64,000 nucleotides of DNA from Euglena gracilis (Eukaryota). The notes beneath the pieces are model-generated. The model did not search any database, was not told the origin of the DNA, and worked only from the letters and a program-made list of their open reading frames with translations. Both the position numbers and the translations under genes were made by a program. Shown here one piece after another: positions 12,001 through 24,500 of this stretch; position 1 is the stretch's first letter; each line of letters opens with the position of its first letter. The stretch is taken from NCBI GenBank assembly GCA_039621445.1, contig CP154954.1:33147455-33211454 (forward strand). Reading direction: 5' to 3'.

Positions 12001-14493
12001 AAGCTTGGTAATCTGGTACCTCAAACGATAAATTGAATCTCTTTGGCCAGCCAATCAAAATAAGTTGTGGCTCAATGGGCGAGGGAATATAACAAGGAAA
12101 CTTTTTGTACAAGATGAATGAAGAAAAACATTCCGCTGACCCCCAGAATAACAAGCCTCCCTGACCCCTCCTGCCAGCATTGGATACCCCTCAGGCTTTC
12201 TGTGTACAAACATCATTGGCAGGCATATTCTTAATGGCCCCTCCGGGGGGGAGGGGCGTCCAAAACATCCAGGCAACAGATTGTGTTCTGATGAGTCAGG
12301 GGGGCCTTCAGCATACCCCCCCCCCCTATGTCCAACGACCCCTGTATGTCCAATGACCACCCCCCCGGTCAGAGGACACCTTTTCAGAGGTTTGACCAAA
12401 TTTTTGGTCCCGGCGCTTCACGCCGGGACGAAAAATTTTGCCCAAAAATTGGCCAAAAATTTGGCCAAAGTGCCATTTTTGACACTTTTTGGACAAAAAT
12501 TTGTCAAAATTGCCCAAAATTTTCGGCGCGAAGCGCCAGAAGGGAAAATTTGGGCATTTTTGGGTGGGTAGGGACCCGGGTACCCACCAACTTTCTTTTG
12601 ACCCCATGTCCAACGACCACCCTCCCGGTCAGAGGACACCTTTTTGGTCACTACCCTATGTCAACGACCACCCCCCCCCCCCCGGTCAGAGGACAGAGGT
12701 TACCGGTCATTGGACATAGGGGGGGGGGGTAATTGTGCCTGCTTTCCCACTGGCGATGTGACAGCGGTTTCTCCTTTGGGGAGGTGCGCACTTTTTAGGG
12801 AGGTAGTTTCGGACCCCTTGGGGGTGCGCATTTATTTGGGCACTGCGCTTAATTAGGGCACTGCGCTTAATTAGGGCACTGCGCACTTTTGGGGGGGGTT
12901 TAGGCCCAAGTTAGGCCGCATTCCGGACGAATTTTGGCTGAATTCGGGCACTTTTTTTTTGCCTAAAAATGGGACCCAATTTCTGGCATAACTTTGTCCC
13001 TAAATTGGACCAATTTTTGGCGCACCGATCCAGCCCTGACCCTATTCCTAAAAATTAAGTGCCCATCCTACCTGAATCCACTGCCGGTTGCCCTGAAACC
13101 GCGCACTTCCCCCGTGCCGCGGGCAAGCACCTATATTTAAAATGGCCAAAAATGGCCGGAAATGGCCGAAAATGGCCGAAAATGAAATTTTGGGCTCTAT
13201 AGGTGGGGGTCCCGAAAATGGCCGAAAATGGCCGAAAATGGCCGAAAATGAGACAATTGTTGCAATTTTTTTACATTTTTTTTTGCCTAACAGTTTCTTT
13301 TTCCCTGAGGGGCAATTTTCAGTGCGACTGATTCTTATCTCTGTGCAGCCTTTCTTCTTTTGTTATCATGCCTGGCCCTGCAACACATGCTGCTCAAAGA
13401 ACCACCTCCGAATGGGTTATTTGGGCCAAAGCCGATGGCTTTGATGACATTTCAGAAAATTGTGGTGACAAGGTGCAACCAGGCAAAGTATGTGATGCGT
13501 TTTTTTCTCCGTTAAAGGTGTGATTCCTGCATCAGGTTTATTGCACACAAGTGGATGGGATCTAACAGTGCCACCATCAAACAATGTTGCTTGGGGTATC
13601 AAGTTGGAATAGGTGAGGGGAAGTTGTTTGTGAAAAGTATCCACGCCAAGAGGCTTGAAGAGAAAAGCACCAGTTTTGGTGTTGCCATCCACCATTGTGG
13701 TTAATATGTCATGTGCCAACCACTCTCATGTAGCGTCCCAAGAACCCCCAGCAAAAAATGACCAAAGTGGACAAGAGCCTCTCTGGCAGGAAAAAAGAAG
13801 CTTATTCCCAAAACCTTATATTTGCATATTGCAACAAAAAACTCTTTGACCTCTTTAATCCCTGAGCACCCATTCCAAACGGACCTCCTTGGATGCGTTA
13901 GCTTGTCACAACTGCTTTCATGTTGACTGAATGACCAAAATGCATTGTAGGTATGAAAGAATTTTAAGGCAGCTTTACCCCCCACTTGTAGGAAAAAATG
14001 GCCGAAAATGGCCGAAAATGGCCGAAAATGGCGAAAATCTGGGGGTCAACTATAGGTTGTTGCCCGCGGGACCGAAAAGTCGGACCCAGGTCACCCCCCC
14101 CCCGGGGGGGGGAGGCATTAAGAATATGGCTTCCATACACATATTGGGGGATCAAACCTCCAGGACCAGAAACTAAAACATTTTCTGCTGCAATTTTGCC
14201 CTCATTTTGCCCAAGTCTACTTTTCTCACACAAAATTCCAATGCGCTTTAAAAAAAAATAATGCCTGATGGCAGCCATTGACAACAACAACCCCCAGCTC
14301 AAAATGCTGCGGGCCAACCCCTCTCGTCCACAGAACGCCGAAGGGCCGCCTCAGACCGGGGGGCTGCATCACGTACCAGGGAAGCGCTCTGCCGGGGAAG
14401 CGGATGGTCAGCCACTCCCCGACCGCCCCCGGGCCCCGGCCCACCGGCCGCAAGGCCCTGCAGGGGCCCCCCGACGGCCTCGGGTCGCTCTAG
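3038..14493 (+). CDS. Multi-exon gene for a hypothetical coiled-coil protein with weak FAM228-like similarity
   Basis: GC-rich exons join in frame: ~3038-3170 (MAKC...ASFRELQEERQREAIRLRLH), ~3275-3318, ~3513-3675 (DTEFAAQLASAKQ...FVRDLRQE), 6847-6910 (LDDQQQRRKEALHEGWAQSVY), 7379-7565 (RPIQSEILARV...), 8264-8441, 10838-~10918, ~11077-11309 and 14334-14493 (ending GLGSL-TAG). The FVxD...RRKExLHxxWxxxVYxPIQxxI pattern recalls FAM228 proteins (from memory, not searched). The start codon and some junctions are uncertain. Confidence 0.65.
4308..6107. mobile_element. Non-autonomous hAT-like DNA transposon, 1.8 kb
   Basis: 25-bp TIR CAGACATTCATTTAGTGTGGTWCAC (24/25 match). Perfect 8-bp TSD GTCGGGGA at 4300-4307 and 6108-6115. 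Subterminal GTGGTTCACCTGTGGACACC repeats at both ends. Confidence 0.9.
6911..7378 (+). other. Non-conventional intron (gene 1)
   Basis: C|gccCAGGC...GCCGGgcccc|G, with no GT-AG. Removal gives in-frame VYRPIQ, and the ends can base-pair. Confidence 0.75.
7060..7240. repeat. Degenerate (CA)n/(CAACA)n microsatellite
   Basis: Directly visible. Confidence 0.9.
8617..9037. mobile_element. MITE with TAAACCCCCCCAAATA termini; related copies at ~16673-16866, ~46297-46386 and ~51762-52177
   Basis: Inverted ends TAAAC(C)nAAATAATACC / GGTATTATTT(G)nTTTA, internal GGGGGTATTATTT repeats and no 8-bp TSD. Confidence 0.7.
12314..12731. mobile_element. MITE with TA(C)nTATGTCCAA termini (possible TA target site)
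   Basis: TAC11TATGTCCAACGACC ... GGTCATTGGACATAG11TA inverted repeat, with internal direct repeats of the terminal motif. Confidence 0.75.
13124..14062. mobile_element. hAT-like element with (AAAATGGCCG)n subterminal repeats
   Basis: Ends CAAGCACCTATA / TATAGGTTGTTG. TSD GCCGCGGG/CCCGCGGG (7/8). Confidence 0.7.
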
Positions 14494-17318
14494 GCCGCTG
14501 CCCACCGCCGCCAGCCCCAACTCCGTTTCTATCCTGTGTGTGTCCCATTTGGGCGAATGCCTCCCTTCAGCCCCGATGCCTTTGCGTCTTGCTCTTCCTC
14601 AGTTGTCTTTGAGAGGGATTCATTTTTGTTCATGTCCCCTCCGTACAAACCACATTGCTGTTTGCGAAAACAAAACTGTTGGTCATTTTCAAGAAGAGGA
14701 GGTGAATTTCAAAAGACAATTTGTTTTATTCCACATCAGTTTGTTTTGCCCGTTGAGAAAACAGCCGCGCCAAGGAATATGTGACACCACTCCCACATTA
14801 TGTGCCCTCCCTATGTCGTTCCCGCTTGTTCTGGGACTCATCACGCACAGTCCTGACACTCATCCGCATGCAGGACCGAGGGGGGGTAGCTTCATCCACC
14901 CCAACCACCCAACCCGTGGCTGGCCAGTGCGGGAGAAAGGGGGGCGAAGACGGGAGGGCTGGGCCTCCCTTCCCACCATTTCCCCCCGGCTCTCACGTCG
15001 GCACTTCACAGAGCACCGCTCCCTTCCCTCCCTGCCCCTCCACCCTGCCTCCTCTGACCCACCGCTGTCCCTTCCTTTCCCACTAATCGGGTTCGCGTGG
15101 TGCAGATGGTAACCACCCCTTTTGCGCATTTCATTTCGGCACACTGGACACACCCGGCAAGCCACTCTGTGCAATGATGTGCATTGCAAACAAAATGCAT
15201 CCTTTCGGTGTGGGTCGGTCCATCGCCATTGAAGTATGCCGTGTCCAGAAACCAGATGCCACACGCTGAGCCATCCTACGTTAGCCTCATTGCCCACCTT
15301 TAGGTCAGAGCTACACATGCGCATGCACACACACACCGAAACAGACGCACACACTACAGAGCTTGAAAGGAGGAGTCACACCTGCAGAACAACTATCCTT
15401 CTTTTGCCCACTCCCTCATTTTTCTCGCATAATCAACCAACAGTTCCCCATGTGTGTGTGTTTCTCTCCCTCGGTCATCAACAAGGGTTTGTACATTCTG
15501 TATGGAAGTCAGCTGAGATTGAACCCCTCTATGGGAGGAGAGGGTTGAGTTGTTTTGCAGTTGGTACCCTTGTTTCCTTTTTCTTTACAGGAGTAGAAAT
15601 TTTGTTTGGGGTGTGCCCGACCTCCACAATCCCGGAAGTTCACCGCCATTTGACAAATCAACATCTGCGTCTGGATTTCAGTCCTGCTTTTGACGGTGGG
15701 CAGAGTCACAAAGTCACCATGGATGACCGAGAGCTAACCAAGGTTGGACCAAGTCCAACTTTTCTGTGCTGTATTTGTTCATCGCTCTGACCTCCTCTTT
15801 CCTTTAACACCATCGCCTCTCCCGAACCCTTCTTCTCTTCCCTTTAAAGTTTTTGTTCTGTCCAAAAGCACACGTACGTTTTTTTAAGGGGGAAAAAGAA
15901 AGCAGTTTTTTGGAAGACCTGGAACTGGACAAATTAAATTAGGAATTGCCTTTTTTGAAGCGACATTTTCAATCCTGATAATATTCCCACCAGAACCCGA
16001 CTTCAGGACCAGGTTTTTGAATAGTGCTGAGCTCTTAAAGGGACTTGCACGTAATACAGTATGGAGCATAACTTTTTGAACGACTTTTGCTCATAACTTT
16101 TTGAACGCCCCCAAAAAAATTATTTAAAAGTCAAGACTGGGGACACTTGGAGGCACAGCACTGATCCTTTTGGCTGCAAACACTTTTGCCACCACTAGAG
16201 CAATTGTTTGTGACAAATCAGGCGCAGTGTGACCTGTCAGTACACCTGTCGGGTGTAGCCACCCTTGGCAAGCTTCAAACAGGACAGACGGCTAGGCATT
16301 GAATCATACAGACGCAAAATTTGTGCAGCAAAAATGGATAGACGGCAGTAAAGACGACCATTGCAAATTTTACATTATTTCTGATTTACAAATCAGCATA
16401 AAAACAGTTTTGCCGGGTACGGGAGGCCAAAAAACATCGTTTCGGGCAAAAAAAAAATTGTTCGGTTTTTTTCGACTTTTTTGACCCAATGGCATGTACA
16501 AAATGGACAAAATTGGCCGAAAAATGGCCGTAACTCGGGCTAGGCGGGGAGTTGCACCACTTTTGAGAAATTTTAGAAAAATTGATTTTTTGACCCCAAA
16601 AAGCGGCCAAAAACGGCCAAGTCGCAAGCCTGCCCATTGCGCTGTGGCGCAATGGAAACACATGTTGACACATAAACCCCCCCCAAATAACACCCCCCCG
16701 GTGTGTTATTTGGGCACCCGAACTGGGGCCCCGGGGGGGGGGGGTGTTATTTGGGGGGGTTATTTTTACATAGAAAACCAAAGGAAAACAGGGGGGGTGT
16801 TATTTGGGCGCTCGAAATTGGCCCCCAGGGGGGGGTGTTATTTGGGGGGGGGTATTTGGGGGGGTATGTTGTTATTGTTCTGCAAATGCGGCAATGGTCA
16901 CCCACATGTTGAATTGCAAAAAATTAAGAAATTTGCGCCAAAGCACAAAGCATTTATTTTTTCTAATGAAAAAAAATCGTTGCGCCAAAGCGCAATTGCG
17001 CAATGGAGTCCCCTCGTTTCATTACCCGGCGCTTTGTGTTCATGCACCCTGGGACTCAGGCGCGCTGTGCCCGTAGATTGTGGAGTTCTAAGTCGTTGGT
17101 TTCGTCCCCAGGCCTGGGGGGTGCAGGGAGCCACTAATGCGGGCCGTCTCGAGTCTCAGGCCTGGGTGTTCGAAAACAGAAAAAAAAACTGGCATTGCCC
17201 GTCGGCGTAAATTTACAGTCATTTTCAAAGCTAAGTGCGAGTTTGGCCGCCTAAGAACAGGCCATACCCAGTGCGTCCTTCAACATCAATGCGCGTGTGT
17301 GCACATTCCCCTTCCCAC

Positions 17319-17630
17319 CAGGGCGGTCCATAAGGGATGGGAAGTTTTTTTTTCCCTTGAGGACCGCCCCTCAATGACTGCCCTTAGGCCCAAGGGACAA
17401 CGGCCGATCCGGGGATCAAACGGGGGGTGGGCAAAATCAAAAAAGTCGAAAAGCGCATTTTTTAACGTTTTGGGTGGATGGGCGATGTTTCAAGGATGCC
17501 AGAAATCCTCCCCCCCTCCCCGAAGTCGACCCATTTTTGCCAAAACATGGCTATTTTTTCGTCCTTTTTTTAATGAATCCCCCATTGGCTGTGCTGGGAC
17601 AGAAAGGTTTTTTTCGTTAAGGACCGCCCG
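17319..17630. mobile_element. MITE, CAGGGCGGTCC family
   Basis: TIR CAGGGCGGTCC / GGACCGCCCG. Perfect TSD CTTCCCAC at 17311-17318 and 17631-17638. Confidence 0.85.
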
Positions 17631-18565
17631 CTTCCCACAGCCTGTGTTCATTCCAAAAATGCACACCTGCGCATTCTTTTGGAGTTTCCAAAAATGCGCA
17701 CGTGCGCATTCTTCAGCCTTGACACTCAGTGACACTCAGTGATGATGAATGTAGCATTGGTGAAACTAAAATACATCATTCAGATGAATGAACCAATGTT
17801 CAGGTCATGGACGTCAAGACTCATCATTTCCTGGACAATGCCAAAGGGTGAAACCCAAGTCTCAACCCTTCAAATGGCCCGTAAAACCACGAATCAGGGC
17901 TGACAGCAACCGACTTGTCAAATTTTTGGTGGCGGTCGGACAGCGAAACAGTGCCCATTTTGGGAGGTTTCCTCCCCCCCCCCCGGCTTTGGGTCAAGGC
18001 TGTTGTCAAGTTGGCAAGGCACCTCCAAATTGGTGGGCAATCAAAGGAAATGACTGGAAATTTGTGGCCAGGTGAAGCTGGACCTGACAGTCCCTAGAGG
18101 TCCCTGCGCATTTTTAAAAGGTCCACAGCCCTTTTGGCCGTTTGGGCTATTTTGAGGCCAAGAAAAGCTGAAAAGTTCAAAATGTTTAAAACGGAGGGGA
18201 ATGAAACATCTGAAATCCTGAGGGCCCTCTGGTTTGGCAAAAAATGGCAGAGTTGGGCACCCAAAATCTCAAAATGGATATTTTGCTATTTGCTTTGGAC
18301 AGGGGATCGACGCAGCAGGGTCAAAAATTTGCAACTGCCGACCCTGCAGGAGCATCAGAAGACAGAGGAGAAGCAGAAGAGATCAATGTGTGGACAATTG
18401 CGAATTCAGGTTGTGAGCTGAAATGATGACATGGTATGACGCGAACTCATGCGCAAACTATCTGAATGTGTTTTGTGTGTTCTGTTTGTGTTTCCTGTGT
18501 TTTGAGAACGGTTCTGAAGCGCTCAAAAAAAACAGCTGTAATTATAAGAGCGAGAAAAAGGCATG

Positions 18566-18637
18566 GGGCGTGTAGCTCAGTGGTAGAGCGCCCGCTCCGC
18601 ATGCGGGAAGTCCAGGGTTCGATCCCCTGTTCGTCCA
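18566..18637 (+). tRNA. tRNA-Ala, anticodon CGC (variant C33, possibly a pseudogene)
   Basis: GGGCGTG TAGCTCAGTGGTAGAGC G CCCGC-TCCGCAT-GCGGG AAGTC CAGGG-TTCGATC-CCCTG TTCGTCC A. It folds as a cloverleaf with intact A and B boxes, the G3:U70 alanine determinant and discriminator A. Confidence 0.9.
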
Positions 18638-19311
18638 AAATAAATTGCCATCTTTTGTTCCGTTGTGCCAATTCGGATTTCACAGCCTCCGCGAACCCCT
18701 GAAGCCCTGCGTGCCAGTCCTCAGACGCTTTTTTTTTCAAACTCCCAGTCAGCTGAGAACACCGGAGGACATTCCTCGCAAGGCGTGAAACATCGAAGCA
18801 CATCAAATACGACGTCCCCTGTCGTGATGGTGGCTGGTCGTTTGCCACCCTGGCCCTGGGAACCTGGGGGGGTTTGGGACCAAAGAGCGCCAAACTTCTG
18901 GGGCGAATTGTCAAGAGGAACACCACCTGGGACCAAGGAGAAGTTCGTTCTGCCCGCCATACTACCAACTAGCTACCAACTAAGCTACTAACTAGGCTAC
19001 CAAAGCAAGTAGTGCAATTCCGGCAAGTCGCAGAACTCTTGCGGCCGAAACACATCCTTCGCTAAAAAAATGCACGCAGCCCCTTTCTCATCACTCAGAT
19101 ACCCATCGCCAATAAATCGTTAAACACGCCCTGTCGGTGAACTTGGCCCCAGGGCCACGTAGCCAGCAACTACGACGCCGAAGGACACCGCCCAGGTTGA
19201 AGGCGCAGCAAGAAAAGCGTGGCGCACTGCAGGCAACGGTAACAAGTGGGCCAAGTCCAACAAGTAATCCGCTCACCACTGCACCGCGGCCATGCTGCCA
19301 GCACCCCAATG

Positions 19312-19982
19312 CAGGGGGGGGGGGAATGCGCTGCGCATTTTTGTCAATTTTTCAAAATGCGCATTTTTGCGCATTTTTTTGCACATTTTTTCCATTTTCC
19401 CACTTTTTTTACACTTTTTGGAGGCATTTTGTCCATATTGTCCATGTTGTCCACATTGTCCATATGTCAAAAACAAATTTGACATTGGTGTTCTTGAACA
19501 CCGTTCTTCTGAACAATTCTATGTTGTCATTCATCCCTCTTTCCGCCAATAATCAAATTCTCCATTCTTCCCTCAGATTTTTTCACAAAATGGCTTCAAG
19601 TTCAAGGGCTGATCATCCAAGCTTTTGTTCAATGGAAATTTTATTCTTGGACAAAAGCTTGCTGCCAAGAAGCTGAGCAGATGGAGCAAAATGAAATGCG
19701 GGGGAATCCTACTCCCCTGGTCACAAGTAAGGGGCACCATGGCTGACATTGTTGGTTATGGTGAACGGAGAGTGACGCCTTGCTCATGCATTTTTTTTGG
19801 CCAAAATGCCTTCATTTCAGCTCTTTTTGGTGAGGTTGGTTTAATTTTGGGCTTATCGTTCGAAATTTTTCTAAGTCCTTTTTCCCTTAGAAATGTCACA
19901 ACTCAGCGCATTTTTTGCGCATTTTTTTGCGCATTTTTGCGCATTTTTTCCGAGGGCCGTCCAGCGCATTTCCCCCCCCCTG
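19312..19982. mobile_element. MITE with CAG(G)nAATGCGCTG termini
   Basis: ~22-bp TIR, a flanking 7-bp duplication CCCAATG, and subterminal GCGCATTTTT repeats. Confidence 0.8.
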
Positions 19983-20516
19983 CCCAATGCCCCATGCCAA
20001 ACCCCAAAGCAAGGCATCAAACGGGAACGCAGCGCGCACAACCGAACCATGAATACCTAACCCTCCCTATCCCTGAACGCGCCACTGCCAACCTGTCCAT
20101 GGGGTTTCCCCATCTGTATATAGCCTCCTTTCCTGATCATTTTCAAATACAGTAGGCACTGCCACTGGTCGGTGGATGCGGTTCGCTCCACCATTGCTGA
20201 TTCACAGTCAGCAGTTGGTGGACAGCAAGAGGGGAAAGCTCCTGAAGGAACGGCCTGCCTCAAAGAGACACGCTTTCACTCAATTTCCATATTTCATGGG
20301 TCGTTGATGGTTTCTTTTTGCGATTATTGTATTTTGGATGGGCCCATTTTTTTGTCATCCAAAGGAAAAATGCACACAAATTTGAGTGACGCCAAAGGAA
20401 ACGTGTGGAAATGGTTGGGCCACAGTCTCCTCCCCCCCAATGAATTTCAGAACAACTGAACATGTTGCGGTCACAGGGAGGACTGTGTCTATGGCTGCAA
20501 GGAGTTCTTTCCCATG

Positions 20517-20915
20517 CTCATCCCAGGTTCACCAGGCCCTGCCCCCAGAAGCCATCAGCACACATCGGTGAACACAAGGGCACACCCAGGTCCAGGTTGG
20601 CCTACGTCGCCCGTGTTCCACGTGTCATGTGGAGTGTGTCGAGTGTGTGTCCAGCCGCGCACTATACCACAGTCGTCGTGAAACAGCTGTAAACAGCATG
20701 ATACGTAATTGAAGCAGTATACAAGGGGGTGGTCCCTGTGGTCGTGTTAAATCCAAACAGCTCATTTTGTGGTGTCTACGCCCAGTCTGGAAGACGCACA
20801 GAACCATCCGGAATGCGCATTTGCGCACTCCGCTTCCAGAATGTGTGGATGCGCATTTTCACTAAAACTGTCAAAATTTTGTGACTCAACAAGAAAAGTG
20901 CATTCCCGGCCGTTC
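20517..20915 (+). repeat. ~400-bp dispersed repeat with an inverted copy at ~27222-27612
   Basis: Long near-identical stretches (e.g. GAAGCCATCAGCACACATCGGTGAACACAAGG) occur as the reverse complement at 27.2-27.6 kb. Confidence 0.85.
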
Positions 20916-21589
20916 AAGTCTTGCCTGAAAAAAAGCCAAACTTGCTTGCCAATTTTCTTGTGGGAGTTGGCTGTTTTTGCCGAGAGTTTGTGGCTTCATT
21001 TCTGTTTGGCCTGAATGTGCTAGCGGAGTTTGGTTTTTTTTTGCTATTTCTTTAAGGGCCGCCCTAACATGCATGCATCGCAAATCTCCTCACATTCCGG
21101 AACCCCCAGCTATCACTCCGTCATGCAGCGATGCCATGCTAGTTGTGGCGGAATGCTGCAGGATTTGGTGCAGTTCGTTCGCACGACGGTACAGTTCCTG
21201 GTCAGGTGGTCCAACCGTGCCTCTCCACTGTTGCAGAAATAGCCCGACAATCGAACTTTGCCAGGTCATAAGATTTTGTGGGGAGGAATTTCGCACCACC
21301 AGTTTTAAAGCTTGCATTCCGCAGCAGAATATCCTTAAAACAAAGAAGTCACAATCTGCTAAGGATTTCCTGCCTCATTTTTTTTGTATTTTCCAGTCCA
21401 AATAGAATTTGCATGCCGACAAAGTCCTCATTTCGTTTTCATTGCGGTACCTTTTCGTGATTTTTTTTGTTTTCTTGTTGGTCAATTCAGCAAAAGGATA
21501 GGGTTTGTCTTCTTTTCCATAAAGTTCAATTCCGCCATTACAGTGCGGCAACCATCAGCGAAACCGCTGAGGAAACCCCCGCCGCTGGG

Positions 21590-24500
21590 CGGCCGCGTGG
21601 TGCGTGGCGTTGGGGCCCTGAGCCCGTTGGAGCTGGCGCTGGACGGGCTGTGCCTCAGCCTCCTCCTGTGCTCCCTGACGGCGGTGTGGCGGGTCCCGGC
21701 GGCCCAGGCACCGGTGGCAGCCGACCGCTGATTCTGGTCCCCCAGAAGCCACAAATATTTTTTGGCGTCCATACGTGAACCACAAAAAAAATTCTGGTGC
21801 CCACAGTGAACCACAAAATGACAACTTTGGTGTACCACACTAAATGAATGTCTTTGTTGGAGTGCGTTGTGAAACGGACCGAAATTGCCGCAACTGCATG
21901 AAGGTTGTTGGGTGCTCGTAATTTGAGTTTTGGTCACCCTTCCATCCACTTTGCAGGAAAAAAGGAGCAATATTAAAGGCAGGTGAACGAGAAAATGCAT
22001 CTTGTTCAATGCTCCTTGGCCCACCCCCTCCTTGAACTCCCTGCAATCCAGCCCCACTTCCCCAGCCCCCTCCAGGTACCCCGGTCCCCCCGCCCTCCCC
22101 CCTCCCAGGCCCCGGCACTGCATTTGGTCTCGCCGGCACGAGTCGAAATAGGGGTGGGGGCTTATCCTAACCCAGCTCAGCAACCCTGATTTATAAAACC
22201 CTCCCTTGGGCCAATCAACCAAGACAGCGGATAACCCCTCCCCCCCACCTGGTGAAGAAAAACAAAAGAAAGGGTTCAGGGACGAATTCTTTTTCTTTTT
22301 GCCGCAAAGACCCAAAACTGAGTTCTCTGCAATTGTTATATGGCGGACCGCGAATATTTGGACTCGAGCCGACACACCTATCCATAATTAAAATAAACTT
22401 TAAAAATGCCTTTTCCCCCTGAATTTTTGAGAATTTTGCTTAAGTTTTTTCAGAACTTTGCTCATGGTCTTTAATTTTCTGCCGGAGTACTCCCACTAGG
22501 TGGGTGTGTCCCAAGAGCTGTCCAAGAGCGGTAGGGGGATGACTGCCTCTGGTGGCTGTCCAGTATCCAATCCATGGCGCTTGGGGAGTATTTTGGGTGT
22601 TGGGGCATCGAAAGGGGTGGAAGCTCAAACAATTGAGGAACTGGACAATGTTCCACGGGTGCCAGAACTGATGCTTTTTTCCGGGAGTTGGCTTGTTTTT
22701 GCCGAGAGTGTGTGATTTCACTTTGTTAGTGACCGAATCGGTCAGATAAATTTCCGCCAGTGATTCTTTAAGCTTATTTAAGGTTTTATGAGGCATTATG
22801 AAGCTTTTTGGCCAATGAAAATTAAGGTTTTTAAAAAAAAAATTAGGCTTTGAGAGGCATGTTTAAAAATGGCCCTACCTGGGATATTTAACCCCCAACC
22901 ACTTGGAACCCTGTGGTTTACTGGATCTCGTTTGGTGAGTCAGCCGAAGGGGGGAGGTTAGAAGTCAAGGTCTGAATGTTACCGCGGCAGACTCGCGACT
23001 AAGCTGTTTTCGGCCCTTTTTTTGGGGGTCAAAAAAAATCAATTTTTTTAAAATTGTCGAAAATGGTGGGGAGTCAATGGAAATGTCCGGTGACCTGAAT
23101 TGAAGCCCTTTGAAGCCCTATCTAAGGGTATTTTGATTTCCCTGCAACTCCCTGCCTAGCCCGAGTTACGACCATTTTTCGGCCAATTTTGGCCATTTTG
23201 TACAGTTTTGGCCTGTTTTGATTTAACCGTTGTGGGCCATTTTTGGGTCAAAAAGGTCGAAAAGTTTTTGAAAAAAAAATCGAAAAAATTTTCCCGAAAC
23301 GATGTTTCCCGGACCCGGACCCGGACCAACTGTCTTTGGCCCGAAACCCATGCATTTGGGTGCAAAAATTCATATTGAGCCTCAAGAGTGTCCTAAAATA
23401 CACCCGGCGTGAAGCGCCGGAATATTTTTTTCCCGCCCTCGCAGAGGAGGAGGGGGGTGGGGGGGACCCCCTTCCGAAACTAGGAGGGTGGGGGGACAAG
23501 GTTTTGAATAGTGCTGAGCTCTTAATGGGACTTGCACGTAATGGACAGCCGAAAAGACTGGCATTGCAAATATCGATTTACAAATTACACACCTGCAATT
23601 TACGGTTACTTACAGTAGTTTTTGAAAGGTTAAGAAGTCAGCGACCCCCCCATACCCCCCATACCCCTTTGCTTCGATTTTTTCGACTTTTTTGACCTGG
23701 AAATTGAGAAGTTTCGGCGACCGAAAACTGGAGGTAGGAGGCCCCCCCCCCCGAGATTCCCATACAAGCCTGGGGGTTTGATTCGCTGCCACATTTTATA
23801 AATTGAGCCGGAGCCAAGGTCCACAATTTGGCTGATGTGCCTCAAGATCAATCCGCTTTTAGTTGTAAACCTTGAATTTTTTTCGATCCTCAATCAAGTT
23901 TTGTGGGCAATAAAAAATTTTGTGGACTCCAAAAAAATTTTGTGGTTCACCTGTGGACACCAAAAAATTTTTTGTAGTTCACCTGCGGACACCAAAAAAA
24001 TTTTGTGTTTTTGAACCACAACAACAGCAGTGCAACCCGGCCTCACGTTGACATTTCATCTCAGACCCCCGAGTCCTACGAGGTTGGGGGAAGCACCAGG
24101 TTTTCAGCCGACCGATGGGCGGTCGGTCGCCCCCACATTCCAGCCTCGCAAGGTTGGCAGCGCTGTCGTGGCCTGCCGATGTCTTGCGGCAGGCAGCAGA
24201 GGACGATGGGAACGGCTTTCGGTGGTGTGCCTTTCCTTCCCTCTGCTGGAGTGAAAGGCGGGAGGCCACTGCCGCCTCTGGCAAGGCCCTCCGGGGCCAA
24301 AGCTGCCCACGCACGCTTTGATTCGACGCTGACCCTCAGCACGGTCGGGTCTCTCCCAGCCATTTTTTTAAAAAAAGTGAAAAAGTTTAGGGCTGTTTAA
24401 GTTCTATTGCCCAGGGGTGGTCCAAGGGCGGTCCAGGCATCGAATGGGGTCTGAAACGAGACAAAAGTTGGAAGCCCCATTTCTTCGAGTTTGGGTGGAT

